A stretch of DNA of 64,000 nt from positions 1 to 64,000 of the IMG/VR virus record IMGVR_UViG_3300014502_000006, one strand, 5' to 3'. Position numbers and translations under genes: made by a program. Source of the stretch: a virus. Of the stretch, positions 13,201-22,010 are shown one piece after another (the first letter of the stretch is position 1; the number at the start of each line of letters is the position of its first letter). The notes beneath the pieces were generated by a model. It searched no databases, had not been told where the DNA came from, and was given only the letters and a program-made list of their open reading frames with translations.

Positions 13201-15219
13201 AGCAACGAGTGCCATTATAAGCAAGTTCATTCCCATCGTTGCTCCGGTTTCCGAGCCGGTAATTAAAACAAGCAAATCGTTGAAACTCTCTAGCGCAATA
13301 TCACCTGTTGCCAGTTCTGCTGGAAGATTCATAAGCATGCTTATAAATCCTTCTATGGCAGTTCCAGCCATTAGAAGTTTTGTTTTTAAAAATTCCAGAT
13401 TAAATAATATCAATCCTGTTACCACTACTGCAAGTATGGTAGGAATTCCACCCATTGCATTAATGAATTTTAATATTGCACTTACAACATTTAGAACAGC
13501 AACATAAACAGGAACAAATTGCTCCGTTATGCTCATAGCAAGCCCTTGCGCGGATGCCTTCATTCTGTTCTGTGCTGCTTCAGCGCCTTGCAAATATATT
13601 GCATATCTTTCCTGTGCCAAGCCAGCCGAATCTGCTTCGGCAGTTTGGTCAGCCATAGCCTGACCCATGTTCTCCATAAGAACACGGAACATGTTCGCCT
13701 GACGTATACCGCCAATCATTTTGCCGATATAGGCTTGCGTAGCACTATCCAGAGTACTCCATTTTCCAGCAACCTCCTGAAGAACATCGCCCATGTCCCT
13801 GAAGTTGCCGCTAGTGTCCCTGAGGGTTACATTAGCTCTTGCAAGAGCGGCTTCCACATTGTTGATGCCAATACCATCCGCATCAATCTTTCCTGCCTTG
13901 ATATCTGCCATACGAGCCAGCATGGTCTTCATAGCCTGACCAACCTGCTCGGCGTGTTGCCTTGTTACAGATGAAATAACTCCGATGTAAGAAACCAGTT
14001 GGTCAAAACTTACACCAACAGCATATGCTTCAGCGGCTGAATATCTTAAAGCAGTCGCTAACTCGTTCGTTGTGGTTGCACTTCTGTTGCTTACGGCAAC
14101 CAGCTTATCAACAACAGTTGCTGAATCCTCAACGCTCATATTAAAGGAATTTATGGTTGAGGTCAAAAGGTCTGTTGCCGTTGCCACATCCATAAGACCC
14201 AACTTGGCGAGGTAGGTTGATGCAGTGACCAGCTTTTCTGTTTCCTGAATACTATAGCCCTGCTTTAACCACTCTTGGCTTCCCTTTGCAATTTCGAGAG
14301 TGGTTGTGCCCAACGCCTGAGCCAGATTGTTATAATCCTGTGCAAGACCGGCAATTTCAGAACCAGTTGTTAAACCTTTTATGCCCAATTCCTGAACCTG
14401 AATCATTTGCTTGTTTAGGTCAATGGCAAACTGCACAGCCTGATTTAGAAGCCTGAAAGCCTCCATAACCAGTTTTAAGGACATGGAGTAACTCAAAGTA
14501 CGGGTGAATGCCTGACTGATTTGTTCGCCCCAATTTGCAAAAATGCTAGTGCTTTCCTTTGCAGCGTCTCCAACCTCTTTTACCGGCACAACCAAGCCAC
14601 TAGCCATTTCATTCAATTTCTGAAGGCTTGCCTCGCCTCTTTGACCGAGCATGTCAAAACTTGTTGCTGTATCGAGCACGTTTTGCGCTACTGCTCTCTG
14701 CTCATCAATTTCTGCGCTTTCGCCCGCGGTTGTAGCATCCAAGTATGCTTGTGCAGTTTCTCTTACCTGTGCATATCCTTCATTTACACTGTCTATCGCA
14801 GTTCTATATTTCCCAAAAGCGTCTGCGGTTTTAGTAATCGTTTGCTCATCTACAATTTTTGCTGTTCCACTGGCTAACTTTGCATTTACAGCAGCCACAT
14901 CTTCATATTGGCTTACTACTTTGTCAAGTCCTTGCTGCCAATTGACGGTTTGCTGAACAATATATTTTGTCTGGTCGCCGGTTTCCAAGTCTTCAAGGGT
15001 TTGCACCTTCATGGTTACTTGGTCAATTCCGTCCGCTTGCTGAAGGATGAGATTGAGCTTTGTTTGGGCAAGTTGTAGACTACCCGCATCTGCGGTCTGC
15101 CCCTGAGCCAGAGGGATTTGTAAAGGCTGGCTTTTCAGTGATTCGGCAAAAGATTTAATATCAGAGTTTAAGCCGGTTGTATCTCCTTGAAAGCCTACCG
15201 TATAGGTAAAATCTGCCAT
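10276..15219 (-). CDS. Tape measure protein (TP901-like core) with inserted Hint domain
   Basis: 1647 aa Ala-rich helical; VVDKLVAV..SATT..ELATAL, GQAMKTMLARM; C-terminal DSVPAMLMPGEFV motif. Confidence 0.9.
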   Translation of the reverse strand: MADFTYTVGFQGDTTGLNSDIKSFAESLKSQPLQIPLAQGQTADAGSLQLAQTKLNLILQQADGIDQVTMKVQTLEDLETGDQTKYIVQQTVNWQQGLDKVVSQYEDVAAVNAKLASGTAKIVDEQTITKTADAFGKYRTAIDSVNEGYAQVRETAQAYLDATTAGESAEIDEQRAVAQNVLDTATSFDMLGQRGEASLQKLNEMASGLVVPVKEVGDAAKESTSIFANWGEQISQAFTRTLSYSMSLKLVMEAFRLLNQAVQFAIDLNKQMIQVQELGIKGLTTGSEIAGLAQDYNNLAQALGTTTLEIAKGSQEWLKQGYSIQETEKLVTASTYLAKLGLMDVATATDLLTSTINSFNMSVEDSATVVDKLVAVSNRSATTTNELATALRYSAAEAYAVGVSFDQLVSYIGVISSVTRQHAEQVGQAMKTMLARMADIKAGKIDADGIGINNVEAALARANVTLRDTSGNFRDMGDVLQEVAGKWSTLDSATQAYIGKMIGGIRQANMFRVLMENMGQAMADQTAEADSAGLAQERYAIYLQGAEAAQNRMKASAQGLAMSITEQFVPVYVAVLNVVSAILKFINAMGGIPTILAVVVTGLILFNLEFLKTKLLMAGTAIEGFISMLMNLPAELATGDIALESFNDLLVLITGSETGATMGMNLLIMALVALGAAAIHFLSVTPAQHIQDLAAAADKAAQKVQDLANSMKQITDLGTQYQSLITQQNTAGLSADDTQKLYDVSNQLATLIPELVVGYDDLGNAILKSSAAMGDLTGTTLDHMKAAAADAKQAADNSLKGGAKDLQEQLNVLQGSQGIWSWGYTDKQKAEFQTSYQDSLSTMEEAFKKAGHDSQEAFISTLTDPALRKVFQGMLNDQLVAETAANVAKLQAEFNKLHGIKVTLDASAFGRQAAELHAKISDLASLQKDLMTGTVTEAELAKAANLGLDVVLNQQTGQYELTAASLKKYVDGLKDELSTTYDLTTEQQAYIQGEIDSAEASAGQAKAVGDMLTAFETHQQLLADAYAQQQKDGGLTIDNLLKLIDAGYATAISIDAVTGKMTLNAEVARACAAAEIMKAQSTAYVAWAAAAVVDPLSQETAALWEEYQAIVSIGAALAKVPAGGFTMKAPSGGGGGSAPTADAYYKLVESYIKKQKDDEKAALQARIDGMKTIIDAEKKAIDLKEQEITYQEELNNKEKDQSKIQMQLDALALDNSAEAKAKRVKLEDDLAKSKTDIAKTQRTHQITEEKAALDQELADFTATIKPMIDAIDKYLAEPGRMMQDAIAMAKSGGQDLYNKLIEWNGIYGSGIENDVVKAWKDAQAAWNNYKNAVGSGTGGGGSYVPSTKPSTPATPPPAMRPEDYYREPYEVYTPVRPANYYQTPACFIAGTKISMADGTFKNIEDMQIGDLVLSYNTNSQLIFPAEIIKTFKHENSKGYYLLNDFLGVTGEHPLYVNSKWVLAEDIKLGDMLFSKSGEFVEITRIEKILDDCPVYNLSTGSETHNYFVNGILAHNKSEGGKVGGGEEGKDSVPAMLMPGEFVIKKTAADALGNNMLNIMNSASSGKSAALLGKNLSSMANAGYTGGATPKSVSSDWKVDNLLTFNVTGNLDKTVVPDIQRLTNDVVDKLMKHMYSRGVLRSADKYSF
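10675..11064 (-). other. Hint (intein-like) domain, 130 aa, within tape measure protein
   Basis: Starts CFIAGTKISMADG; VTGEHPLY; ends VYNLSTGSETHNYFVNGILAHN followed by Lys; no endonuclease domain. Confidence 0.9.
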
Positions 15220-15264
15220 CTAAAACCTCCTTCAACAAAGCCCGAAAGAGGCTTTATTGCATCA

Positions 15265-16263
15265 TTACAATTTTAAGTTTTCCAACTCCTTGTATGTCCT
15301 GTCGCGCGCCGTGCTATCATCATAAAGCGTGACCATTTCCAAGCTGCTCCAACCGAATATTTCTTTTATCAATACTTGCGGAACATTCTTCTTGGATAGC
15401 AGTGTCGTCAAATAATGGCGCAGTGCGTGTGTATAAAATGGAACTTTTAAGTGGTCTTCAAACTCCTTTACCCAACCCCTGATGGTGGCTGGAGTTGCAG
15501 GAGTGCCATCCTGTTTTATGAAAAGAAACTTGTGGTCTAACTTCTTCTTCTTTAAAATCTTTGTACGTTCAATTAGCCAAACATTATAATAAGGCAAGAA
15601 TTTCTCACGAACGATATACTTGTAAAGAAGTTTACCGGCTTTTCCCCTGCCTTTTGTCTTTAACTGTCGGGTCGTTTCCAAGAACAAATCCCCAAAAGCC
15701 ATCCTATTTTCGTCTATCATATCTGTTTCAAAACTCAATAATTCTGTGAACCTAGCACCACTGGTAATAGCCAGTGCCACCCAACAGGCTTGCTGCTTGT
15801 TATGTTTGCTTAAATATGCCAGTAATTCTTCAACTTGTTCCACAGTTAAAATAGTTTTTTCCCTGCGTTGCTCTTTTGGTGAGGATTCCACAACCTTCAA
15901 AATAACGTTCCTGAAATCCGGGTATTCCTCATCATAAAATTTTTCAATAAAGGCGGAAAAAGAGGACAAAACACTGCGCATATTGTTTAGTTTTGAAGAA
16001 CCAACCTTTAGCTCATCCACCGCAAAGCTAAAGAAATCTGCGAATTCCAGTTTCTTTATATCTATAAAGAACTTATTGTTGTTATGCAATAAATTCCATG
16101 TAAAGAACATTGTCAGGTTCGAGTCATATACCACAATTGTTTTGTCGCTGGTGCGGGTTGATTTCTCCTTAAGAAATCTCTTCATCAGAGTTATATTTTC
16201 TGGATTTATTTGTGCTGTAAGTTCATCCGATGTTATCTTATTGCGAAAAGTTTTTCTTGGCAT
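15265..16263 (-). CDS. Tyrosine recombinase/integrase
   Basis: GARFTE (R), KTKGRG (K), HALRH (HxxR), FGWSS (W at His-III position), LY (Y); likely start MPRKTF at 16263 with GGAGG RBS (ORF track extends to 16323). Confidence 0.9.
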   Translation of the reverse strand: MPRKTFRNKITSDELTAQINPENITLMKRFLKEKSTRTSDKTIVVYDSNLTMFFTWNLLHNNNKFFIDIKKLEFADFFSFAVDELKVGSSKLNNMRSVLSSFSAFIEKFYDEEYPDFRNVILKVVESSPKEQRREKTILTVEQVEELLAYLSKHNKQQACWVALAITSGARFTELLSFETDMIDENRMAFGDLFLETTRQLKTKGRGKAGKLLYKYIVREKFLPYYNVWLIERTKILKKKKLDHKFLFIKQDGTPATPATIRGWVKEFEDHLKVPFYTHALRHYLTTLLSKKNVPQVLIKEIFGWSSLEMVTLYDDSTARDRTYKELENLKL

Positions 16264-16726
16264 TGCTGCCTCCATGCTCAGCGAAATACGCCATAGCAAG
16301 TGCAAAAGCGTCTGATTCGTCAAGGCTGTTGAATTTCATCTTGGGATATTTTTTTAAGATGATATCCCGTATCTCTTCTTTGGTCATGTTTCCTTTTCCA
16401 CCGACTATTTTTTTTACGGTGGTAGCGGGATAGTATATTTGTTCAAATTCACAAAAAATATAATTTGCAATTCCGTGAACTTTGAATATTGCCTGAGTGC
16501 TTTTATTGTACAGGGTAAATCCCTGCTCAATAATAACTACAGTAGGCATATATTCTCTCATTAGTTTTATGAATTCTTTTCCAATCATTTTAAGTTTCAG
16601 TTTGGATTCATCCAAGCTTTTCGTGTCTATGGTTACTGCTTTTACAAAAATACCATCATTGGTAAAGATACAAACTCCCGTGGAATTCAGGGATAGGTCG
16701 AGTGCGTAAACATATTTTTCTCTCAT
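16238..16726 (-). CDS. ruvC: RuvC-like Holliday junction resolvase
   Basis: ALDLSLNSTG, VIIEQGF, GKGNMTKEE, DESDAFALA catalytic motifs. Confidence 0.85.
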   Translation of the reverse strand: MREKYVYALDLSLNSTGVCIFTNDGIFVKAVTIDTKSLDESKLKLKMIGKEFIKLMREYMPTVVIIEQGFTLYNKSTQAIFKVHGIANYIFCEFEQIYYPATTVKKIVGGKGNMTKEEIRDIILKKYPKMKFNSLDESDAFALAMAYFAEHGGSNAKKNFSQ

Positions 16727-16741
16727 AGTATTATAATTCCC

Positions 16742-16777
16742 AAAAAAGAGAGGCGGATGGTGAGTCCGCCTCTCTCA
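16742..16777 (-). terminator. Intrinsic terminator
   Basis: GAGAGGCGGA-loop-TCCGCCTCTC followed by T6 on the minus strand. Confidence 0.75.
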
Positions 16778-16783
16778 ATTGAA

Positions 16784-17089
16784 TTACTTCCCTTTAAATA
16801 GTGCTTCGTGAACAGCGACCAGTTTGTTGTATGCTTTCTGCAAAAAGATTGCTGCGAATGCTACTGCTGCAATTGCAAAATATGGTGCGATTACCGCTAG
16901 TGTTGCCTGAGGAACGTATGTTATAACCGCATATGCTCCACCGCCAATCACCAGAGAAGCAGCAAAGAAAATCCATTGCCTAATATTCTCGGCTAGAGCC
17001 GCATAGCTAGGGATTTGTCCTAATAACCAAGATGCGACAATCATAAAGCCGCCTCCGGTTAACCAGATTAAGAAATCACTAATATTCAT
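16784..17089 (-). CDS. Small 3-TM membrane protein (holin candidate)
   Basis: 101 aa, three hydrophobic segments, basic C-terminus. Confidence 0.5.
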   Translation of the reverse strand: MNISDFLIWLTGGGFMIVASWLLGQIPSYAALAENIRQWIFFAASLVIGGGAYAVITYVPQATLAVIAPYFAIAAVAFAAIFLQKAYNKLVAVHEALFKGK

Positions 17090-17099
17090 TTTTCTCCTT

Positions 17100-18317
17100 T
17101 TATTTTTTTAATTCTTTTGGATAATTAACAGCAAGAAGCTTATGCTGTTTTTGAAGATTTGCCATTGCCTCAAAGAATGCCAGCCTTGTTGATTCTGAAA
17201 ATAAGTTATACTCTTCTTTATAAATACTTGTGTCAAGCCCAACATGAAGATTCTTTTTGATGTTTAACTCTATTTCAAGGTGCACATTTCCCATACTAAA
17301 AACGCCAGCCTTAAAATCACTAGCAGAGTTAGTAGTTATAGTTACTCTGGCACGTGGTTCGAACAGGGGTGCACTGGGATTATTTTTTACATCGAGCATT
17401 GCTAGTAATTTTGGTACATCTAATCTAAAAAATATCCATGCTGCAAGATATTCAAATAGAAACCATTCAACCCCTTGCCTTTTTCCTTTATCATATACTT
17501 CGGTTTCAATCAGCAACAATGCCATGAGCTTATGAAAAATCTCAGCCAGCCCTACGATAAGGCCAATAATAGGGTTAATAACAACATCTATGTCTATATC
17601 TAGCTTTTTCTTTAAGGCTGCTCCTCCCTCCTCTGCTGCTTTTTTCTCTTTTCTTTTAAGTCTTTCTTCTGCACTTACATGCCAATTAGGGCTTGTTGGC
17701 GTATAGCCTTGCCACGCCCCGGCTGCAATAGTTGCTTTACCAACATTAAGGCTTCCACTGCTAATGGCTTTCATTTCAGGAGCTAAAGCTAAAACAAGTT
17801 GGTCTGTAATACCTTGTCTTTCAGCCTCCAGTCGCAAATCCGGGCCGGATATGTTGTTGATTGGAAATCCTAAAACCATGTTTTCAAAGAATGCCCCCAT
17901 GTACCCACCACCACCACCACCCGAAAACATGGTGGCTTGTGTGTCAATGTTCATGTTGACTTCTCTTTTCGCGCTTTTTCCTGTTCCTATGTTTAAGCTT
18001 ACATCTCCGAGTTTTAAGTTTTTCGGATTGCTACCATGCGCAAAAAACCATCCTTGCGGAAGCCCTGTTGATGTTTCGTAAGATTTATCTGTCATCGCAG
18101 TAATGGCTTGCGGAGTCAAACTTTCCGCCATTATCGTTGTAACAACATTTATCATGTTGTCAAGAGTATATCCAGCCATACCTTCAACTTGCATAACGTG
18201 ACCAGATAAATCAGCAAGCAACACTTTAGCTGCTTCTGGAGTTATATTCCCCTGCGCGTCTACGAGAGCCATTGCCTTTTCTCCCATAATCGTACCAATT
18301 TTCTCTTCAAATGGCAT
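17100..18317 (-). CDS. Hypothetical protein
   Basis: 405 aa ORF with AAAGGAGG RBS; no recognised motif. Confidence 0.6.
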   Translation of the reverse strand: MPFEEKIGTIMGEKAMALVDAQGNITPEAAKVLLADLSGHVMQVEGMAGYTLDNMINVVTTIMAESLTPQAITAMTDKSYETSTGLPQGWFFAHGSNPKNLKLGDVSLNIGTGKSAKREVNMNIDTQATMFSGGGGGGYMGAFFENMVLGFPINNISGPDLRLEAERQGITDQLVLALAPEMKAISSGSLNVGKATIAAGAWQGYTPTSPNWHVSAEERLKRKEKKAAEEGGAALKKKLDIDIDVVINPIIGLIVGLAEIFHKLMALLLIETEVYDKGKRQGVEWFLFEYLAAWIFFRLDVPKLLAMLDVKNNPSAPLFEPRARVTITTNSASDFKAGVFSMGNVHLEIELNIKKNLHVGLDTSIYKEEYNLFSESTRLAFFEAMANLQKQHKLLAVNYPKELKK

Positions 18318-18350
18318 AGATACCTCCTTTCTTACGAAAAATTAAGATTT

Positions 18351-18566
18351 TTATAAAGTTAAATCATCTTCTTGTCTGCGCCTTCTTTTCTGTTCTACCT
18401 CTCGTTCATAGTCGCAATTTCTATTGGAACAAGCAATATATTCTTTTGGAACAATCACCTCGATTCCATTATTCATGGTTTTAACATCAATCACCCTTAG
18501 CTGGAGAACTTTCCCGCATTCGGGGCAGCGCTCTTTTAAGGAATGTTTAAGTCTGCCGAGCGTCAT
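18351..18566 (-). CDS. Small zinc-ribbon protein
   Basis: CPEC...CSNRNC; ATGA overlap with upstream gene. Confidence 0.65.
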   Translation of the reverse strand: MTLGRLKHSLKERCPECGKVLQLRVIDVKTMNNGIEVIVPKEYIACSNRNCDYEREVEQKRRRRQEDDLTL

Positions 18567-19135
18567 TGCTGCGCTTTCACTTCCACTTGCTGCTTCAAAG
18601 CGTCTTCTCCCAAAACAGATGATTCCTTAAGCTTGTCAGCAAGTTCTAATCCTGCTTTTTTTGTGCTCTCAATCTGCTCCGGGGTTATCTCAGCAAGACT
18701 TTTCAATAACGGTTCTGCCCTGTTTACTAGGTCGCTAATAACCGTTCCAAGAGAATTTGCCAAAACAAGTTGTTCTTTTACTTCACCAACAATGTTTTCC
18801 AATCTATATCTAAAATCGTTATAGTTCACAATCTCAGATGTTATTCTTTCAACAAACTCCGGGTCAACATAAGCATCATTATTCAAAGTTTCCACATCTA
18901 TATTTGTGCATCCTTGAAGGATGTAGTTGAACAGGTTGAACTCTGCCGGAATATAGTTGTAGTCTGAAAGAGGAATTAAGGGCTTATCACTCTTCCCAAA
19001 ATAATCGCCCATATAACGGTTGATTAGAACCGCTTGGTGCGCCAGAGCCAGAAAGGGTATTATTTCAATGCTAACACCCTTATATACAATTGTTTTCTTT
19101 TCTGGAATTTTGAATTCCACTGTAACCTTATCCAT
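18563..19135 (-). CDS. Hypothetical protein (possible tail assembly chaperone)
   Basis: 190 aa acidic; downstream of tail tube gene. Confidence 0.5.
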   Translation of the reverse strand: MDKVTVEFKIPEKKTIVYKGVSIEIIPFLALAHQAVLINRYMGDYFGKSDKPLIPLSDYNYIPAEFNLFNYILQGCTNIDVETLNNDAYVDPEFVERITSEIVNYNDFRYRLENIVGEVKEQLVLANSLGTVISDLVNRAEPLLKSLAEITPEQIESTKKAGLELADKLKESSVLGEDALKQQVEVKAQQ

Positions 19136-19155
19136 TTAAATCTCCATTTAGGATT

Positions 19156-19190
19156 AAAAATACACCGCTACTTTTCAGTAACGGTGTATC
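19156..19190 (-). terminator. Intrinsic terminator
   Basis: ATACACCGTTAC/GTAGCGGTGTAT hairpin followed by a T tract on the minus strand. Confidence 0.6.
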
Positions 19191-19196
19191 TGTATG

Positions 19197-19442
19197 TTAT
19201 AGGGTAATAATATCCCCTACCTTGTATTTCTTATATTCTTCGGTTATTGGAATTTTATAACCGTTTTCTTTGTCATCTTTCAGCATCAGGCAACCTTTTA
19301 CAATCCCGGTAACTGTTGCTTTTACCTTGCCCTTTGAAGAATCTTTTTCTTTTGCTGTTTTTACTTCAGCTTCAAGAGGAATCTCAACCTTGGGAATTAT
19401 AGGCTCTTCAAAAAGCTCTTTTTCCGTTTTATCTTTAACCAT
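19197..19442 (-). CDS. Hypothetical protein
   Basis: 81 aa, GGAGGAGG RBS. Confidence 0.6.
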   Translation of the reverse strand: MVKDKTEKELFEEPIIPKVEIPLEAEVKTAKEKDSSKGKVKATVTGIVKGCLMLKDDKENGYKIPITEEYKKYKVGDIITL

Positions 19443-19497
19443 TATACCTCCTCCAAAGGGAGGGGGCGGTTTATCCGCCCCTACTATTGTTCAAAAG

Positions 19498-20601
19498 TTA
19501 CACGATGGTAATGGTAACGGTTGTATCGATTGGGTTAGTCCATCCGGTAGTATTGCTGATAAGAGCAGTAACAATGGCAGGCCCGGTCGCTGTTGCAGCA
19601 GTAACAACACCGCTATGCGCAGCAACACTTGCTCCCGCAGGAGAACCGGCGAGCATTGAGAATAGTAAATCCGCAACCGGTGCTTTGAAGGCAGAGCCGG
19701 ATGAAGGAACAGCCCAAACATTCAGGGTTGTAGTTGTGTTGTGGGTCATATTGAAATCTCCGCCAACAACAGTTAAACCAATTACGTTATCGTACCAGAC
19801 AGCGGTATCGATGACTTCAATAATTTTTGCGTAATATGGCTCAATAGAGCACGGAGTGGTTGTTCCAATTGGGTCGGTATAAGCCAGAGCAGTACCGGTC
19901 AAAGGAGTATTGGAAACACCATCGCTCTTCATTGCAATGTTGAAAGCGCCAGACAAGGTAACGGTAGGTGCGATAATTTGTACAATACCAATCTTGTTGG
20001 AACTAACATCAGCAGAGTTCAACTGTGTTTCCATAACCAATCTTACAACTTTTGGAACAATGTTTGCGTTAACAGTAACATAGTTAGCACCAGCATCGTT
20101 TTCAAAATATCTTACGCAGACATACTCTCCCATCGCTCCCAATATTTCGCCACCGGTGGTTACAAAACTCCACGGCGTACCTGTGGTAAAGGTAACCCTG
20201 TAGGTTGCGCTGCTATCAGCCTTGGTAGCCCAACCATAAATAGTTGTACCACCAATATCGGACAGCGGAACAACATCAGCAGCCATCAAGCCGCCGGTTG
20301 TGGAGGTCAACTGTACGTTTGCCTCCTTGTAAGTGCCTGTGCTGGTTTCAATATCGCTACCAACAGTAGAGCCAAGCAAACCAAGATTCCACTGAGTATC
20401 AGTCAAGGTGAATTTCATGATGCCTGTGTGGTAGTAGATGTACTGCAACTGAGCGCCACGTCCACCGTGTACGGGTGTAGAGCCGAGAGCTACATCTATA
20501 GAGCTATCTAGCAGGGTTTTGCTGGTGAAAATGATTTCATCAGTTTCGGTGTTATAGCCGTAAACGTCTGCAACGCTCGTTAAGAATTTTCTAATTGCCA
20601 T
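19498..20601 (-). CDS. Major tail (tube) protein with C-terminal Ig-like domain
   Basis: FLTSVADVYG, SKTLLDSSI, VHGGRGAQLQYIYYH N-terminus; beta-rich C-terminus; synteny. Confidence 0.75.
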   Translation of the reverse strand: MAIRKFLTSVADVYGYNTETDEIIFTSKTLLDSSIDVALGSTPVHGGRGAQLQYIYYHTGIMKFTLTDTQWNLGLLGSTVGSDIETSTGTYKEANVQLTSTTGGLMAADVVPLSDIGGTTIYGWATKADSSATYRVTFTTGTPWSFVTTGGEILGAMGEYVCVRYFENDAGANYVTVNANIVPKVVRLVMETQLNSADVSSNKIGIVQIIAPTVTLSGAFNIAMKSDGVSNTPLTGTALAYTDPIGTTTPCSIEPYYAKIIEVIDTAVWYDNVIGLTVVGGDFNMTHNTTTTLNVWAVPSSGSAFKAPVADLLFSMLAGSPAGASVAAHSGVVTAATATGPAIVTALISNTTGWTNPIDTTVTITIV

Positions 20602-20632
20602 TTTTCGAACCTCCTAATTTTGTAGTAAAGTG

Positions 20633-21409
20633 CTACTTTTTAGCACTTTCCATAGAAATCGTGCTTTTAACCGCATCCAAACTTATAGAAACATCGGCAT
20701 ACTTATCTTCATCAAGATTGGTAAGCCAGTGCTTTATAATAGACTTATCTTTAAATTCAGTAAAGCCAGCTATGGATGCAGCCAAATAAATCTTGTAATG
20801 TATTAAATTATCCAGTCTCCTTATGCTTTTTGTGAATTTCCTTACGCTCATCGCACGAATATAATCCAGATTCCAGCCAGTTGCCACAGAAAGAGAAACT
20901 ATATAATCCTCAAAGGATGCTGGTTTCGCACCGTTCATTTTGTTTTTATATTCTCTTGCTTTTTCCAGAGAATCCCTGACCTCTTTTGACATGTTCTCAT
21001 CTGGAAGGTCAATTAGATTCTGTTCAGAGATTATTTTCTTAATCTCATCAAAATCCTGAGGAGTATATATTTCATTTTCAATGATAAAGAATGGTTTTCT
21101 CTTTTCATCGAACTTATAACGATTCATGCTCTCTTTTACATCTTCAAATGATTTTTCATCTCTCAAACATATGGAAAGCAATCTATCAAAGAATATCAAA
21201 TAGGGTTTTCCTTCCTTTTCGGTTACATTATATAGATACTCTAATTCTGTCATTGAAATTATTTTTGGGTCTGGTATGCTGTTCTTATCCAGAAGAAAAC
21301 ATTGCGAATATGTATTGAAGAGCATATAGTCTTTTACTGTTGCTGGATATATTTTTATGGTTTTGTAAGGAACTGGTAAATCAAATACGGTATACTGAGT
21401 AATGTCCAT
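20633..21409 (-). CDS. Tail-region conserved protein (chaperone/completion-like)
   Basis: 258 aa between tail terminator-like gene and tail tube. Confidence 0.5.
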   Translation of the reverse strand: MDITQYTVFDLPVPYKTIKIYPATVKDYMLFNTYSQCFLLDKNSIPDPKIISMTELEYLYNVTEKEGKPYLIFFDRLLSICLRDEKSFEDVKESMNRYKFDEKRKPFFIIENEIYTPQDFDEIKKIISEQNLIDLPDENMSKEVRDSLEKAREYKNKMNGAKPASFEDYIVSLSVATGWNLDYIRAMSVRKFTKSIRRLDNLIHYKIYLAASIAGFTEFKDKSIIKHWLTNLDEDKYADVSISLDAVKSTISMESAKK

Positions 21410-21416
21410 GTTATCC

Positions 21417-21998
21417 TTATGATATGGGTGATGCTGCTGCCGAATACGTGCTGAATATCAAGGATTTCCCGCCAAAAGGTATTTGACCAGATTCAAATAA
21501 TCTCGAACTCTGGTCAGCCATTTTACTAAAGCTAAGTAATCCCAAACCGCCAACATCTGCCCCATTGAATACGGTAAGCAACTCTTGTGCAATGCTATCA
21601 ACACGGGTCTTATAATTTGTTAGATGGTTTATTTTATAATGCGCATATACCTCCATGCTTATTTCGATATAACCAACAGTTCTGTTTAAGCCAACGGCAT
21701 AATGCGGCATTATTCTCAGCAAAGCTATCTCGTTCATTAAAACATCCGGCTGTTTTCCATCCATGAATACATGGTACTGAGATGTGTCCTGCTGACCTGA
21801 ATATATCAGGTCGGCTTTTTCCTGATGTGTTAAATCAGGTTTGTTCCAAGCATCTGAAGAATTCCATTTTAATAGTTTCCAGATAAGTTCATTGTTATCC
21901 ATTAAACAGCTTATGCAGTTATATGACAATTCTGAAAATCTCTCAAAACCGTTATAAGCAGTCGCCCCAATATTGGGAGTAATGTAAGGTGTTGTCAT
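21417..21998 (-). CDS. Putative tail terminator/completion protein
   Basis: ELIWKLLKW, RVDSIAQELL..FNG motifs; synteny. Confidence 0.55.
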   Translation of the reverse strand: MTTPYITPNIGATAYNGFERFSELSYNCISCLMDNNELIWKLLKWNSSDAWNKPDLTHQEKADLIYSGQQDTSQYHVFMDGKQPDVLMNEIALLRIMPHYAVGLNRTVGYIEISMEVYAHYKINHLTNYKTRVDSIAQELLTVFNGADVGGLGLLSFSKMADQSSRLFESGQIPFGGKSLIFSTYSAAASPIS

Positions 21999-22010
21999 TT
22001 TTTTTCTCCA

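Noticed and set aside
18351-19442. Programmed frameshift of tail assembly chaperones
   Set aside because: No convincing slippery site linking adjacent ORFs could be identified
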